Source: Dipteris shenzhenensis (lineage: Eukaryota). From it: 64,000 bases of DNA. The notes under the pieces were generated by a model. The model ran no database searches, was not told where the DNA came from, and saw nothing but the letters and a program-made list of their open reading frames with translations. The stretch lies in NCBI GenBank assembly GCA_047967505.1, contig CM106538.1; one strand, given 5' to 3'. The translations under genes and the position numbers were made by a program. Below are positions 14,055 through 26,783 of this stretch, piece after piece. Each line of letters begins with the position of its first letter. Positions within the stretch are counted from its first letter, which is position 1.

Positions 14055-14104
14055 GGATCTAGGTACCCAAGTGAAGATGCGAGGGCACTTGGGTACCTAG
14101 ATCC
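14055..14104. repeat. perfect 19-bp inverted repeat with 12-nt loop
   Basis: GGATCTAGGTACCCAAGTG...CACTTGGGTACCTAGATCC. Confidence 0.85.
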
Positions 14105-16509
14105 AAAATGTTGGCCAAGTCTAGACTCTTTAGAATCTTTTTAAAGGAGCAAGGTACCCTTTACAACAGGGGCTCCTACACCTTCCAAGTTCTATAATGG
14201 AGCTGAAGGGTTGAAATCTGAAATGCTTTCGTCTGTGCAGCATGATAAAGTCTGTATTGCGGGTTCAAGCACATTCGAAGGATGAAGAAGCCGCCTTGAC
14301 TGACATTGAGGATTCTCTTAGGAGTAAGGAATCTGTAAGAATCTTGATTGGTTGACTGAAATGAAAGCTTGTTGAGACTTAGAAATGATGGTGAGCTCTT
14401 CAACGAGCACGTTTTCCCACCTAGTTTGGTCGTAGAAAGGGCGCTTCTTGTATGACTTCTAGGTTCATGGGTTGTGGCGTTCAAGACCAAGTTCTTTATA
14501 CTACCAATAGTTGCTGCCAATTTAGCCGGAGTTCTAAATTGACAGTGCTAATTGCTTAGTTGGTCATATATACAGGGTGCTTGTATGACTTTCAGGTTCA
14601 TGGGCTGTGGCCATTAAATATATATGGGGACCAAATTCACTTGCGCTGCTGACTTACCCAACTTCAACGTAATTGGGTTCCAAATCGATAGTTGAGGCCC
14701 ACCTCATTCGGTCATAGAGTGCCTATGCATTTTTCGCTAAGGATGCTCATTTGGGAGAGACTAAAATGAAACTATATAACTCTTCACGATCAGATGTAGC
14801 TTGAATGAAGAGGAATCTGGACTACTTTTTTATTAACCTTCAATGCTAGCCTTTGTCACGGTTGACCCTACCCTTCACCTCTAGAGTGTTGATAGATACT
14901 CCCTATGAATATCATAGTATAAATGGATGCTCAAGTATGTGTCGGCGTGTGGATATGTATTGTGTGAGAGCATATGTTTATATCATTGGCTACACCCACA
15001 ACCTAGGTCAATAGTGTAGGGCTCAATGGATAAAGTGGCTTTCCCATACCACGATGAGACCCATTGTGGGTATACCAAGGATCCCAAAGTGACTCCAATT
15101 GGTTAGAAATCGCCCATGTCCCTAGGATTCTAAAACCCACTATAGAGTTTAAAGTTTCAAATGCAGGTAGGAATTAAACATCAATTTAGAACAGAGTGTT
15201 TGCAAATTTTGCAACTAGTATTGGTGAATTTGGTCCCCACATGCCCAAACTCATCTTTTGAAAACATAACACATTGCAATTTCAATCTCATGAGAATCAC
15301 ACTTAGGTTGAAAACCATAATCTCCATCACGCATAGCAAGGACTAGCTATTATGAAATCCCAAGGGATGTCATTAGTGTCCATGAACAATGATATACTCA
15401 CAAAATGTGATGATAGTATTGGGTGTTGTGGCTTGTAGGTTTATGTGATGGGCCTTGGACCTTGAGATTAGATGTGGCTTAGATGTAGTACCTACCCCTA
15501 CGGTTGTCATTGATCAATTCTGCAATGCTCAAGTTGCAAAATTGCAGCTTTGACTAAAGGGTGATGACTTGATACGAGGATTCTACGGTGGGAGCTAAGT
15601 TTGATGCTCATCCCTATGGTGTTCTAAGCAAGGTGATTTCTTAGTACAGAGTGACTTAGGTAGTTGTAGTATACTAATGATGTTAAGCGCTTCTTATAGA
15701 CAAGTTGTACTAAACATGTTAAGTTCTCGTTGTGTATGCACTTAGGCGGCCTTATTAATGCCTTCTTTCCTCTCTTATGATTGTTGTGTATCATCTTAAA
15801 TCCATGTAGCCTCTATTACATATTGGTCTTATGGTCTCAATTCATCATTCATCTTGTAACTTTGAAAACTATTCAAAAACCCATCATCTTTCCCTTTATA
15901 GCACTAATTTTGTCGGAGATGACAGAGAATGAGAGCAAGGCTTATGCGGTTTTATCATATGCGAGTAGGACTTATGTGATGAGAGCACGACTCATGGGTT
16001 TTATCTTAATGCCCCAAGGAGTGGCAACGCTTGCTTTGTTCGAAACACGGTAGTAAGAGAGACACACAAGATGACTAGTAAAATCTGATAATGTAAAAAA
16101 AAACTATATATATGCATCTTCCCAATTATTAGGGTTACAGTTAGATTTTGTTCCATCAATTTTCTATGGATAGGTACAATTTATGGTGTCCTTGAATTTA
16201 CTCCCTCTTAACTTGCACCTGATAAAAGGGTAATTAATAAAGATTTTCATATTTTAACACCATATTAGTAATTTTGGGATCATGTTCAATTGCAACATGA
16301 TTACACAAGGCACCTACAATAACTCACCTTAAATTATTTAGTATTTGATAATGAAAACTTGAAAAACATTCCAATGCATAATGAAAACCTCAAATTTAAC
16401 ACTGCAATGCCATACAAGAGAGTTAACTTTGTTGAATTATCAACACATTTATATAATAGTTGGTGTCAAGATATAAATGCCATTTGTTTAAAGCAATGAC
16501 CAAAGTAAA

Positions 16510-16980
16510 GCTAAGCTTGTTATCATCATCATGACATTGTCAATGGTAATTGTTATGCATTCAACCAATAGGAAGATAATGAGCTGAAGCTAAGCTTGTT
16601 ATAATCATCATGGCATTGTCAATGGTAATTGTTACTCATTCAACCAATAGGAAGTCAATGAGCTGAACTACTCAATACAAGCCCTTATTTAAAGAAAACA
16701 AAACCTTAAGACCATTGAGTATTAGCTCAAGGCCAACTTCCAAGAATTGAACACGTGAAATTGCTCAACCAATAGGAAGACAATGAGCTGAACTACTCAA
16801 TACAAGCCCTTATTTAAAGAAAACAAAACCTTAAGAACATAGAGTATTAGCTCAGGGCCAACTTCCAAGAATTGAACACATGAAAGTGCTCAACCAATAG
16901 GAAGACAATGAGCTGAACTACTCAATACAAGCCATTATTTAAACAAAACAAAACCTTAAGACCATTGAGTATTAGCTCAA
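16510..16980. repeat. compound tandem repeat: 79 bp x2, then 125 bp x~2.5
   Basis: Units start at 16510 and 16589, then 16668, 16793 and 16918; they share TCAACCAATAGGAAGACAATGAGCTGAA; array abuts the transposase stop codon. Confidence 0.9.
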
Positions 16981-19480
16981 TCTGCACTCTTGTCGTTTAC
17001 TTGATCAACCCCTTCTAGGCTTGCTTCTGCTTTCTCACGCACGGTAGGTGGAATTTTGATCTTCTTGGGCTTCTTCACTCCTTTCGGTGTCCAACTCCAT
17101 ACTATTGAGTTTGCTTGCTCCCAACGTGTAGGATCTTTGTCATTGCACATCCAAAATTTCTCCCAACAATTTACATACACTTCTTCCTCGCTTGCATTCT
17201 TCTTATGGGAACATGGTGCCCAATACTGTATCAATACCATGTTGTATTCTTTAGAGGAAGCATTGGATTGAATGTCTGACTTGGCTTCACCCAACCAAAT
17301 TGGATATATATTGTCGCTTGGCCTCACAAGAACAAAGTCACCCTTTTTTACATCTATAAGAGGTTGGAATGCATCTTTTGGCTTGTTACGTTGTGGACCA
17401 TAGTAGTGGTCTTCCAATGCCTTTAAACCCATGAAACCTTCATTTTCGGTGCTGGTGTTATGCTCTGTTGCATGTGTTGTCTTTGGCCAAAAGCCTGAAC
17501 ATATATCTTGAATTTGCATAGTTGATGCAGATTCTGACAATGCATTGATCATGTTTTCCCAATACTGTATCACTGGTGTAATGTATATAGAATAAGGATC
17601 CAGTGAGCCTTTGTCAATGCGATGCTTGTTCCAATATTTTATATAGTCCTTTATGCCATTCACCACTTGAGCACTATCTTTTAAGTACTCACACATTGGA
17701 AGTACTGGTGGTTCCCCAATTGGCAACAAAGATTTTCCAAGAGTATCTATTTTCCACAACTCTATGCCACCACCCTTTGGCATCCAATGATCTTGCGTGT
17801 GATTCATTTTGTAATGCATTACTGAAATGTCATCTTGCATGAAAAAACGAAAATGCAATGCTTTGAATGTCCAATAAGTTTATCCTGGCCTTCACATAAG
17901 TAACCATCAATAAACCCTTTAAAGTCTAGAACCTATCCTAAAAGGGGCAAGCCTTGAGCTTGTGCACTTGTTGAAGGTTTTCATAAGATGTGCTAGAGTG
18001 AGAGAATGACTTGTCCTCAACTGCTTTGAAAAACGACTAAACAATGCATCAATATCTTCATGGGTATGACCAACCATTAAGAAACCCATCTCTATCATTA
18101 AGAAAACCTGCCTAGCCACCAACAAAGATAGGCATGCAAAAACATATATGTTTTTGTTCTTCGATCTACAATTGTCTAATTGCAACAAGAGGCAAGGTGG
18201 AAGAGTTTTGAAAGATGTAGTGGATGTGTTATATGTGCTTGCAAGCACTTGTTGAGCATAAGGATTTGACTTCCCATCCATTGATAGATGAATATCCATG
18301 GCTGTCCTTGAGGTCACACAATTTAGGAGCTGGCTTGAAGTATTTAAAGAGCTATGTACAAGATCACCATACTGATACTTATCTTCTCTTTCCAAGTCAC
18401 GAAAACACAATGCTAATGATCCCACGGTAAAGTTTGGGTGTGCGGGCCAAAGACCAAGTGAAAAATGTCCATATGCTTCTTGTCCATGTCCATGTGTTAG
18501 CATTCCAGTCAATGATATTGGCAACTTATCGATATCTTTTGCTCTAACTTTGAGCCTCGGTATGGCTATCTTCTATTGATCCATCTTATCATGTATGATG
18601 CATAAGACTTGTTGAGGGTCCTTCTCTGATTTGTAACGCCATGAATAATATACATGCCGACAACTCATTTGTTGTTTCATATGCCCCATCCTCTCCACAA
18701 AGAGCTTTTCACATTCTGTTGGTATCTTAGTAGCACCCAATTTCGACTTGATTGCACTACAAAGGCTACGTGACTTTGAGAATGTGCTTGTATGAGAAAC
18801 CGAGACATGCTTGAAGTCTGTGTTCCAAATTCTATTGAAGGTCAACTTTGGAACCTCCTTGTACCCTAGCTCTTTCATGGTCAGATTGATCTCATGCATT
18901 ATGTCCACTTGTTTGTACATATCTAGAATGACAAGTTGTGTTTCTCTCATGCCATCTATTGTTGTTTGAGCTTTATGCGGCATCCTTTCAGCATTGTTAT
19001 TCACAAAGTCACATAATACAGCTCTTGCCATCCCCACATGATCCCACCCTTTTCTAATTTTGTTTCCATGCATGGCATTTGTGCATCCAACATTATGTTG
19101 CTCCTTGTACCTATAGTATGAAGTTTTAGAAATTGCGTACAATTCATACCATGTCGTGCAACATATTTCCCTCCCATCAAAGCTAAACAGGTCATGTGAC
19201 ACAACACCTTTTGAATCAATCCGCATAGCATAAGTGAAGCTATTGAAGATATAGGTCATTCGATTCTCCAAGTTCATGCTCCAAAATTCCACTCTCATTT
19301 GCAAAACCAAATTACGATCTGCAATCTAGCAACACTTCAACTCACAACAACCTATAAGTGCCACATCTTCATACGTGCACTTCTTCATCAGATGGCATTC
19401 AATTTCCTTTCTAGGCTTGCGATTGACCATATGATATTTTCTTTTTGTGCGAAGTGGTTTGACATTTAGGCGCTAATTGG
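16977..19480 (-). pseudogene. Sola-like (DUF7869-type) DDD transposase, disrupted
   Basis: CCELKCC N-terminal cluster, CIIHDKMDQ, LLLQLDNCRSKNKN and FLMVGHTHEDIDALFS catalytic-type motifs; ORFs 18573-19310, 17919-18524 and 16977-17858. Confidence 0.78.
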
Positions 19481-19492
19481 GAGCCAAAAGTA

Positions 19493-20765
19493 CAAGATTG
19501 GTTTGAAAGCCGACCTTTGTCTCTCGTGCCCGATGGAGGATGAAAGTTCAATATCGGTTTTAAAACCGATCTGAACTGTCATGCATGGTGGATGATAAAA
19601 GTTCAAGATCGGTTTAAAAACCGATCTTAATCTCTCATGCCTCATGAAGGATGGAGGTTTAATGGTGGTTTCAAAATTGATCTTTGTCTTCCATTCCCAA
19701 TTTAGGATGAGAGTTTAAGATCGGTTTTAAAACCAATCTTGATCTCTTATGCATGATGAATGACAAGAGTTCAAGATCGGTTTCAAAACCAATCTTCGTC
19801 TCGAACTTCATCCCTCATGCCCGATCGAGGATGAAAGTTTAAGATAATTTCCAAGACCAATCTTGGTCTCTCTTGTCCTATGGATCATGAGCTATCAAGA
19901 ACGGTTTTGAAACTAATCTGGTATAGAATGCCTGTTAAGGATTAAAGTAGAAGATCACATTTAAAATAGATCGTGGTCACTCACGCACAATGGAGGTTGA
20001 ATTTTTAAAACCGATCTGGATCTTGATCTCTCATGGCCGGATCGATTTCAAAACCGATCTCAAACTTGACCATGTCATATGAAGGATGAAACCAAGATTG
20101 GTTTTAAAACGATCATGTTCTCTCTTCATGGAAAAGATTAAACTTTTGTTAAAACCGATCTTGGACTCTTAGGTGAATTGGAGGATCATTGATCAAGATC
20201 GATTTTGAAACCGGTCTTCATGTCAGAAGCCGAATGGAGGAAGAGAATTTGAGTTTGTTTTTAAAACTGATCATGGTCTCCATCATATCATGTGAAGGTT
20301 CAAGCCAAGATTAGTTTTAAAACCGATCTTCGTCTCTCAACCATGGTAAAGTTTAACATCAATCATGGAGTCTTATGCGTGGTGGAGGATAAAAGTTCAA
20401 GGTCGCATGAAGGATGAAAGTTCGAGATCGGTTTTAAAACCGATCTTAATCTCTCATGCTAGATGAAGGATGAAAATTTGAGATCAGTTTTAAAACCGAT
20501 CATGGCCTTCAACATGTCATGTGGAGGATGGAACCAACATTAATTTTAAGGACGATCTTTGTTTCCATCATGGTGGAAAACTTCAAGATCGATTTTAAAA
20601 CCGATCTTGGACTCTCATGCATGTCGTGGACGGTGAAAGTTTGAGATCGATTTTAAAACTGATATGGTATCCATCACGTCTTGTGGAGAATGAATCTTAA
20701 AACCGATCTACATCTCTCATCATGGGACAGTTTAACATTGGTTTTGAAACTCGTCTTGGACTCTC
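19493..20765. repeat. array of ~22 degenerate ~56-bp units, each with a 24-bp palindromic core
   Basis: AAGATCGGTTTTAAAACCGATCTT variants at about 19493, 19549, 19604, 19660, 19716, 19772 ... 20423, 20479, 20584, 20642 and 20733. Confidence 0.92.
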
Positions 20766-20779
20766 ATGCGTGGTGTGGA

Positions 20780-21937
20780 CTAAAATATATTTAAATGTTT
20801 TATTATGGTGTTCTAAAGATATTTTAATTAAAGTGTACTAAAATACATAGTACAAACGTAATAAAATAACTTACATTAATACTTTGAACCTTAAAATTTA
20901 TCCAGAACCTAAACAAAAAATGATTAATTTTAACTAACTCCCTAAATAACGTTTTGTTTAAATTCCCTATCTACTATTTTATTTTAATTCCCTAGCTAAT
21001 GTTTTATTTATCCTAACAAACATTTAATTTAAATTCCCTAACAAATGTTTTATTTATCCCTAAATAAAATATAATTACATGCTTTATTATGGGTTTTTAA
21101 ATATATCTGACATATTTCTCCTTATCCAAAAATATTTTTTTGATTAAAGTGTACTAAGATACATAGTCTAAACTATTCCAAATATACTTTTATTTATTCC
21201 AAATATGTTTTACTAAATAAAATATTAATAGAATACAAAAACATATTTTAAATCTCTTCCATATTATATCCATTATTAATTAAATTATTTTATATTCATA
21301 CATTTAATTAAAATATTTTAAAAATATATATATTACTTAAGTTTTAATAAATAAACCCTATAGAATATAAAATATGTATATGGAATAAACATAATATATT
21401 AAATAGTAGGCAACTCTTTCACTAAATCCCTAACTAACATTCTAACGAACTTCCTAACTAATGTTTGATTTAAATTAACTACTAATATGACTTATTAGGC
21501 TAAAGTTTAAACCTTAAAATTTATCCTAATCCTAGGCTAAAAATGATTAATTTTAACTAACTCCCTAACTAACGTTTTATTTAAATTTCCTAACTCCCTA
21601 ACTAATGTTTAAATGTTAATATGACTAATTCATGTTTAAACCTAAACTAACGTTTAATCCTAAACCTAAAATAACGTTTAATCCTAAACTTGAACTAACA
21701 TTTAACCTTAATATGACTAACTAACGTTTAACCATAAACTAACATTTAAACCTAAACTAATTTGTCTAATTAGCCTACTAACTATCCTAAACCTAAATTA
21801 AACCTAAACTAACTAACCTTAAATAATTAGCCTAGACTAAGTCACTAACGTTTAACCTTAACTAATTAGCCTAAACTAATTTAACTAATTAGCCTAGACT
21901 AAGTCACTAGCGTAAACCTAAACCTAAAGGCCTAACC
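20780..21937. repeat. very AT-rich low-complexity tract grading into CCTAAA/CTAAC repeats
   Basis: Repeated AAACCTAAACTAAC and CCCTAACTAAC motifs at 21420-21937. Confidence 0.7.
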
Positions 21938-22336
21938 TATTGGAGAGGCTTACTGTGAGCTATAGCGCCACCATCACCATCGCCCTCACGCAGTCTGACT
22001 CTGCCATCACCATCGCCCTCACGATCAGAGTCTGCACACAGACCGAGTCCTCCATCACCATCACCCTCACGCTCTCTCGGAGTCTGCATCAAGTACTGTC
22101 TCGAGGTCTACCTCGCCCTCACGCTCTCTCTCGGAGTCCTACCCACACTTCTCAATGCCATCTCCCTCGGTGTCTGCATGAACGTCTTCATCATGCACAG
22201 GGACATGTTGGACGATCTTCATCTATTGCTTGTTCTTGGACTTTGTTGGAGTTGTTGTCTGCATCAAGATTTTGGAGGTCGTCTGCAACACTCGCTCCAT
22301 CGCCATGAGATAGTGTCATCTTGGAGAGGAGGTGGG

Positions 22337-22659
22337 CTCTCTCTCTCACACTCTCTCACAGCCGCTCTCTCTCTCACGCTCTCTTAGAGTCTTTCACTCT
22401 CTCTCACACTCTGTCTCTCTCTCTCTCTCACGGTCTCTCTCTCTCTCTCTCGTTGACGCTCTCTCTCTCTCTCACGGTCGCTCTCAAGCTCTCTCTCTCT
22501 CACGGTCGCTCTCTCTTTCTCTCACGATCGCTCTATCTCTCTCTTTCACGCTCTCTGTCTCTCTCTCTCATGCTCTCTCTCTCTCTGACACACACTCATG
22601 CTATCTCTCTCTCTCTCATGGTCACTCTCAAGCTCTCTCTCTCTCTGATATCACTCACG

Positions 22660-22737
<78 letters not shown>

Positions 22738-22890
22738 CTCTCTCTCTCTCTCTCTCTCTCATGCTCTCTCTCTCTCTCGGTCTCTCTGATATCACTCACG
22801 CTCTCTCTCTCAAACTGTCTCTTTCAAGTCTCTCTCTCTCTCTCACTGTCAAAGTCCTCTCTTTCACCCATGCCCTCTCTCTCTCTCTCT
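22337..22890. repeat. compound (CT)n/(CA)n microsatellite
   Basis: Long interrupted CT runs with CA runs near 22680-22733. Confidence 0.95.
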
Positions 22891-23258
22891 CAGGATACTA
22901 GATATAGCAGTATGAGCTCTTTTAACCCTCAAGAATTCAAACAAATTTTGAAAATTTCCCTTAAGACTAATTCCAAAATTTACACCAAGATCGGTTTTAA
23001 AACCGATCTCGATGGAGGATAGGAAAAAAAAGTTAAGTAATTGGTCCATAATTCAAATTTTGAAAAAATTCGAATTAGTTTTTTGAAATTCCTCGTCTTA
23101 AAGCTTTTTGTACAAGCTAAAGTTTCAAATATTATGTCACGTAAATTTGGGGATGCTAGCATTTATATTGTACCTAAGTTTGGGGTTACATATTTGTCTA
23201 ATTTACTTCACTAGAATGGAATCTTTCGTTAAGCTTAACTTCGAATAGAGGATGGGGC

Positions 23259-23368
23259 TAAAGGTGAAGGTGAAACCCTTTGCCCTTCATCCCCTTAACC
23301 AAGATCGGTTTTGAAACCGATCTTTGGTTGAGGGAACGAAGGGCAAAGGGTTTTACCCTCATCCTTTA
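23259..23368. repeat. ~110-nt imperfect hairpin centred on the 24-bp palindrome
   Basis: AAACCCTTTGCCCTTC...CCAAGATCGGTTTTGAAACCGATCTTTGG...GAAGGGCAAAGGGTTT. Confidence 0.85.
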
Positions 23369-23660
23369 ATTCTTTATCTTGGAATTTCGTACAAGCACAG
23401 TCATATAGATATAATATGGTGATTGATCAAGGCATCTTTTCCTCAATATTTCATTGATTTGTCATGGTCAGGACACCCATGCATGCACGTGAAAAACTTG
23501 TAGTGAAAGGGCTTGCATACATGCTACCATAACTTCAAATTACTGGCTTAAGGCTTTGCTCTTAATCTTCCCATCAAAGATTGGTTTTAAAACTGGTCTT
23601 GGTTGGGGGATCAAAGGGAGGAAAGTGAAAGCATTTGTCCTCCATTGAAATCAATCTTCT

Positions 23661-23790
23661 TCGGATTTGAAGGACCATGACTTTGCTCTTATTCTTCCCA
23701 TCAAAGATCGGTTTTAAAACCGGTCTTGGTTTCAAAACTGATGTTTGATAGGAAGATTAAGAGAAAAGCCATATTGTTTTTCAAATCCAA
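23661..23790. repeat. ~130-nt imperfect hairpin containing the palindrome
   Basis: GGATTTGAA...CTCTTATTCTTCCCATCAAAGATCGGTTTT pairs with AAAACTGATGTTTGATAGGAAGATTAAGAG...TTCAAATCC. Confidence 0.8.
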
Positions 23791-24124
23791 GGTCACCCCT
23801 AAATTTAAGTTTTCATTCACCGAGATCGGTTTTAAAACCGGTCTTCATTAGTGGATGAAAGACCTAGCCTTTTTCTATTATCCTTCCCTACCTTCCTTTC
23901 TTCTGTTATCTCTCCATCCCCAAGAAGATCAATGGCAAGGCCTTTTAGGTCACCAAAGTTCGGTTTTAAAACTGACCTTGGAATTGAGCTCAAATGCTAA
24001 TGTTCAAATTTGGCATTCAAATTTGATACGTGCTTACAATCTTAGTCATTCTAAAGGTGGTAGTGTTTGGGATTTTATTTGTGTTTTGTTTTTGTTGATT
24101 TGACATTGTGTTGTGAAATAGGAC

Positions 24125-26783
24125 ATGGCATGTAAGAGTACCGAATTGTCGACTAAGAAGTCAAAAGGAAGGAGAGTAAGTGGAAAGACTAGTGATAGTA
24201 GTGCAACCAACAAGAAGAGCAAGCCCTCCCACAATGTTTTTAATGGTTGTAATGATCCACAGTGGGGATTGTATGTGGACACATATAGTGAAAGTGGAAA
24301 ACCTTTCAAGAAGGTCCACTTGTTTGTTAAAAGAAATGATTCTTCGGAATTCGAAGATGTGGGGCATGTAACATGAGTAAATAAGGGTATAGTGGGTCAA
24401 GAAGGTGATGAGGCCATCTTCATCCAAGTCAGCTTAAAAGTCTACTACCTATCACCAGCACATTATGATGAATCAAAACATAAGAAGAACAAGAAAGATT
24501 CCATGCAGAAAATGGGTTGGAATATTGTGATCGATGAAAACACAACTCCGGACATGATTGTTGACAATATCAACATAATTGGTCAGATGATTAAAATGCC
24601 AAGAAAAATAGGTGAGGGTAATGTAAAACAAGCAAATGCTGAGGAGAAACATGAAAGAGCCTTGGTGACTATCATTGAAGCAGAGCCATTGAGGATAGCA
24701 CCATCAGAAGAGGACATTATTGGTTGGAAGGAGAAAGGAGAGGGGATACACAATTTTCAACAGTACTATCCTTTTGGTCTAGATGGGTTCTCAATCCTTG
24801 TTTTAAATTGTACACAAGCACCAACTAATTACGTGTATAGGCCCCTAGTGGAACAATACGTTTGCAATTTGGTCAAAGAATTCTGCATGAATCCAAGAGA
24901 TTGCTTCACAAAAGCAGATGTGATGCCTTATGATCCAAACACTAATTTGCCACTAACCAATGTGACGTTTAAAGACATACACACCTATGCTTATTGGGTG
25001 CTATCAAGCCAGCACTCAATTGAAGCAGCTAAAATTTTGCAAATGAGTGATTTTCTAGTAGTTAAAGAAATCAAAGGTGTTTATGCAAGGAGAACCGCAA
25101 GAATAGTATTGAATTGTCCAAAGCATATGTGTCGGCTAATTTCGCGAAAGGCGAATGAGGAACTTCAAAAGAACATGAAGGATGCACCTTATGCAGAGCA
25201 ACTGAAGCAGCTACGAAGTTAGTGGGTTGCATTTGGGAGACCAGAGAAGCCTAAAGTTGGAGCCACCAAAGGACACCAATCACGAAAAGAATGGGATGTA
25301 AGCATTTCTTCTAAAATTTTGTTTTTAAAAGTTGCTATCTTTGTGATATTATTTATTAACTATACAAGATTGGTTTTAAAACCGATCTCAAGAGAAGTAT
25401 GTGATTCCATGTTGTTTTTGCTTTCTCTTCCTTGTATAAGCTTAGTTTTAAAACCGATCTTGAGAGCAGTATGTCATATATGCTATATTGATGTTGTTAT
25501 ATGCAGGATTTTATTGATACTGTGCATTTGTCTTTTGGAAAGAGTTTCAACCAAAAAGATGTTCATGTGATTATATGTCCAAATGATCTCTTCCAAGGAT
25601 GGATGGACATCATGCATAGATATGTTAAGGGAAATTTGCCAAATCAAAAGGGTCAAGTATCGGTCCAAGAGATGAGCACAACACAAATTCCTACTTTTGG
25701 TAAAGTGGGAGAAATCAATCAAGCAAAGGGCACTAAAAGACTAGGATTGACAATGTTTCGCTGTTTGTTGGGCATGGAGGACTCTATGATATCCACTTTG
25801 CAGCATGAAATCTTAGAGAAAAATGTGATTTTATCTAGTTCCAAGGCATCAAGCATCAAAACCATGGATGAAAGGTGTTGGGAAATGAAAAGTGACAAAG
25901 TCCTTCACCTAGAGATTGCTACTTTCCTCAAGGCAAAGTCACAAGACAATGTAGGTAAGAGTTGGGAGGAGATGAAACTATTTTATGACATCACTGATGA
26001 TAGGTATCATACTATATTTAGATATTACAACGAGTGGTTTAAAGACTGCTTAAATCCCAGCAGCAAGATGACAAATGCAATGCTACCTCAGACTGCTTTG
26101 ACATTCCTTACTTGGATTCATAACTCTAAATTTGGTACCTCCAGTCAAAGTGTGAAAGAAATCCATGGAAGACCATAAATGTGGGAGGCAAGTTAGAGGG
26201 ACTAGAGAGTGTGAACAAATACACAGAAGAACAACGAATTGGAGTAGTTGTTCTTGATACACAAGAATCGCTAGAGCAAGAGTGGAACGTGTCTTTCTTT
26301 GAAAGATTCTTTGAAATGCTAAATGAAATAACACATGAAGCACCTAAATACGGATTACTTGCCTTTGTTTCAGTAAAAAATGTATCACATTTGTTGGAAG
26401 CAATCAAAGGCTTACAATTGCAATTCAAGTATCAAGTGGGTGCGTATGACACAGAGTCTTCCCAAGATTCTTTGTCTAAAGATGCTCTTGGAGATTTGGT
26501 TGTTTCGAGTATGGTTTACAAAGAATCTTGTGATGCAATAATAAATCAATTAAAGAAGAATTCGACCAAGGCATCTGTATGTTTTGGATTATATGACCAG
26601 GATTCCAAGAACGGTGAAGATACTGATGAGGAGGAATCCCCCAAGCATTTGCAAAATGCAAACTTTATCTCTTCTTTCATTGAGTACTTCTATCGGCCAG
26701 ATCAATGTGTTATTGATGCCTTCACAGAGGGAATTGCCACCTTAGAGTCATTGAAGAAGAAGGACACTTGCATTTGTAGCTAG
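24125..26783 (+). pseudogene. cargo gene: ParB/Srx-like domain plus degenerate beta-class N4/N6 DNA methyltransferase-like domain
   Basis: Same frame from 24125 to 25297 with stops at 24374 and 25220; GT-AG intron 25298-25506; frameshift near 26178. Motifs YVYRPLVEQYVCNLV and YWVLSSQHSIEAAK (ParB-like); IGVVVLDTQE and FIEYFYRPDQCVIDAFTEG (MTase-like). Confidence 0.55.

Noticed and set aside
19493-20765. CRISPR array
   Set aside because: Linkers are homologous to each other, repeats are degenerate, there are no cas genes, and the context is eukaryotic
21420-21937. True interstitial telomere
   Set aside because: No tandem CCCTAAA runs, only degenerate CCTAAA/CTAAC mixtures
22321-23022. Long Ser/Leu-rich ORFs (233 aa and 189 aa)
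   Set aside because: Translation artefacts of the CT/CA microsatellite
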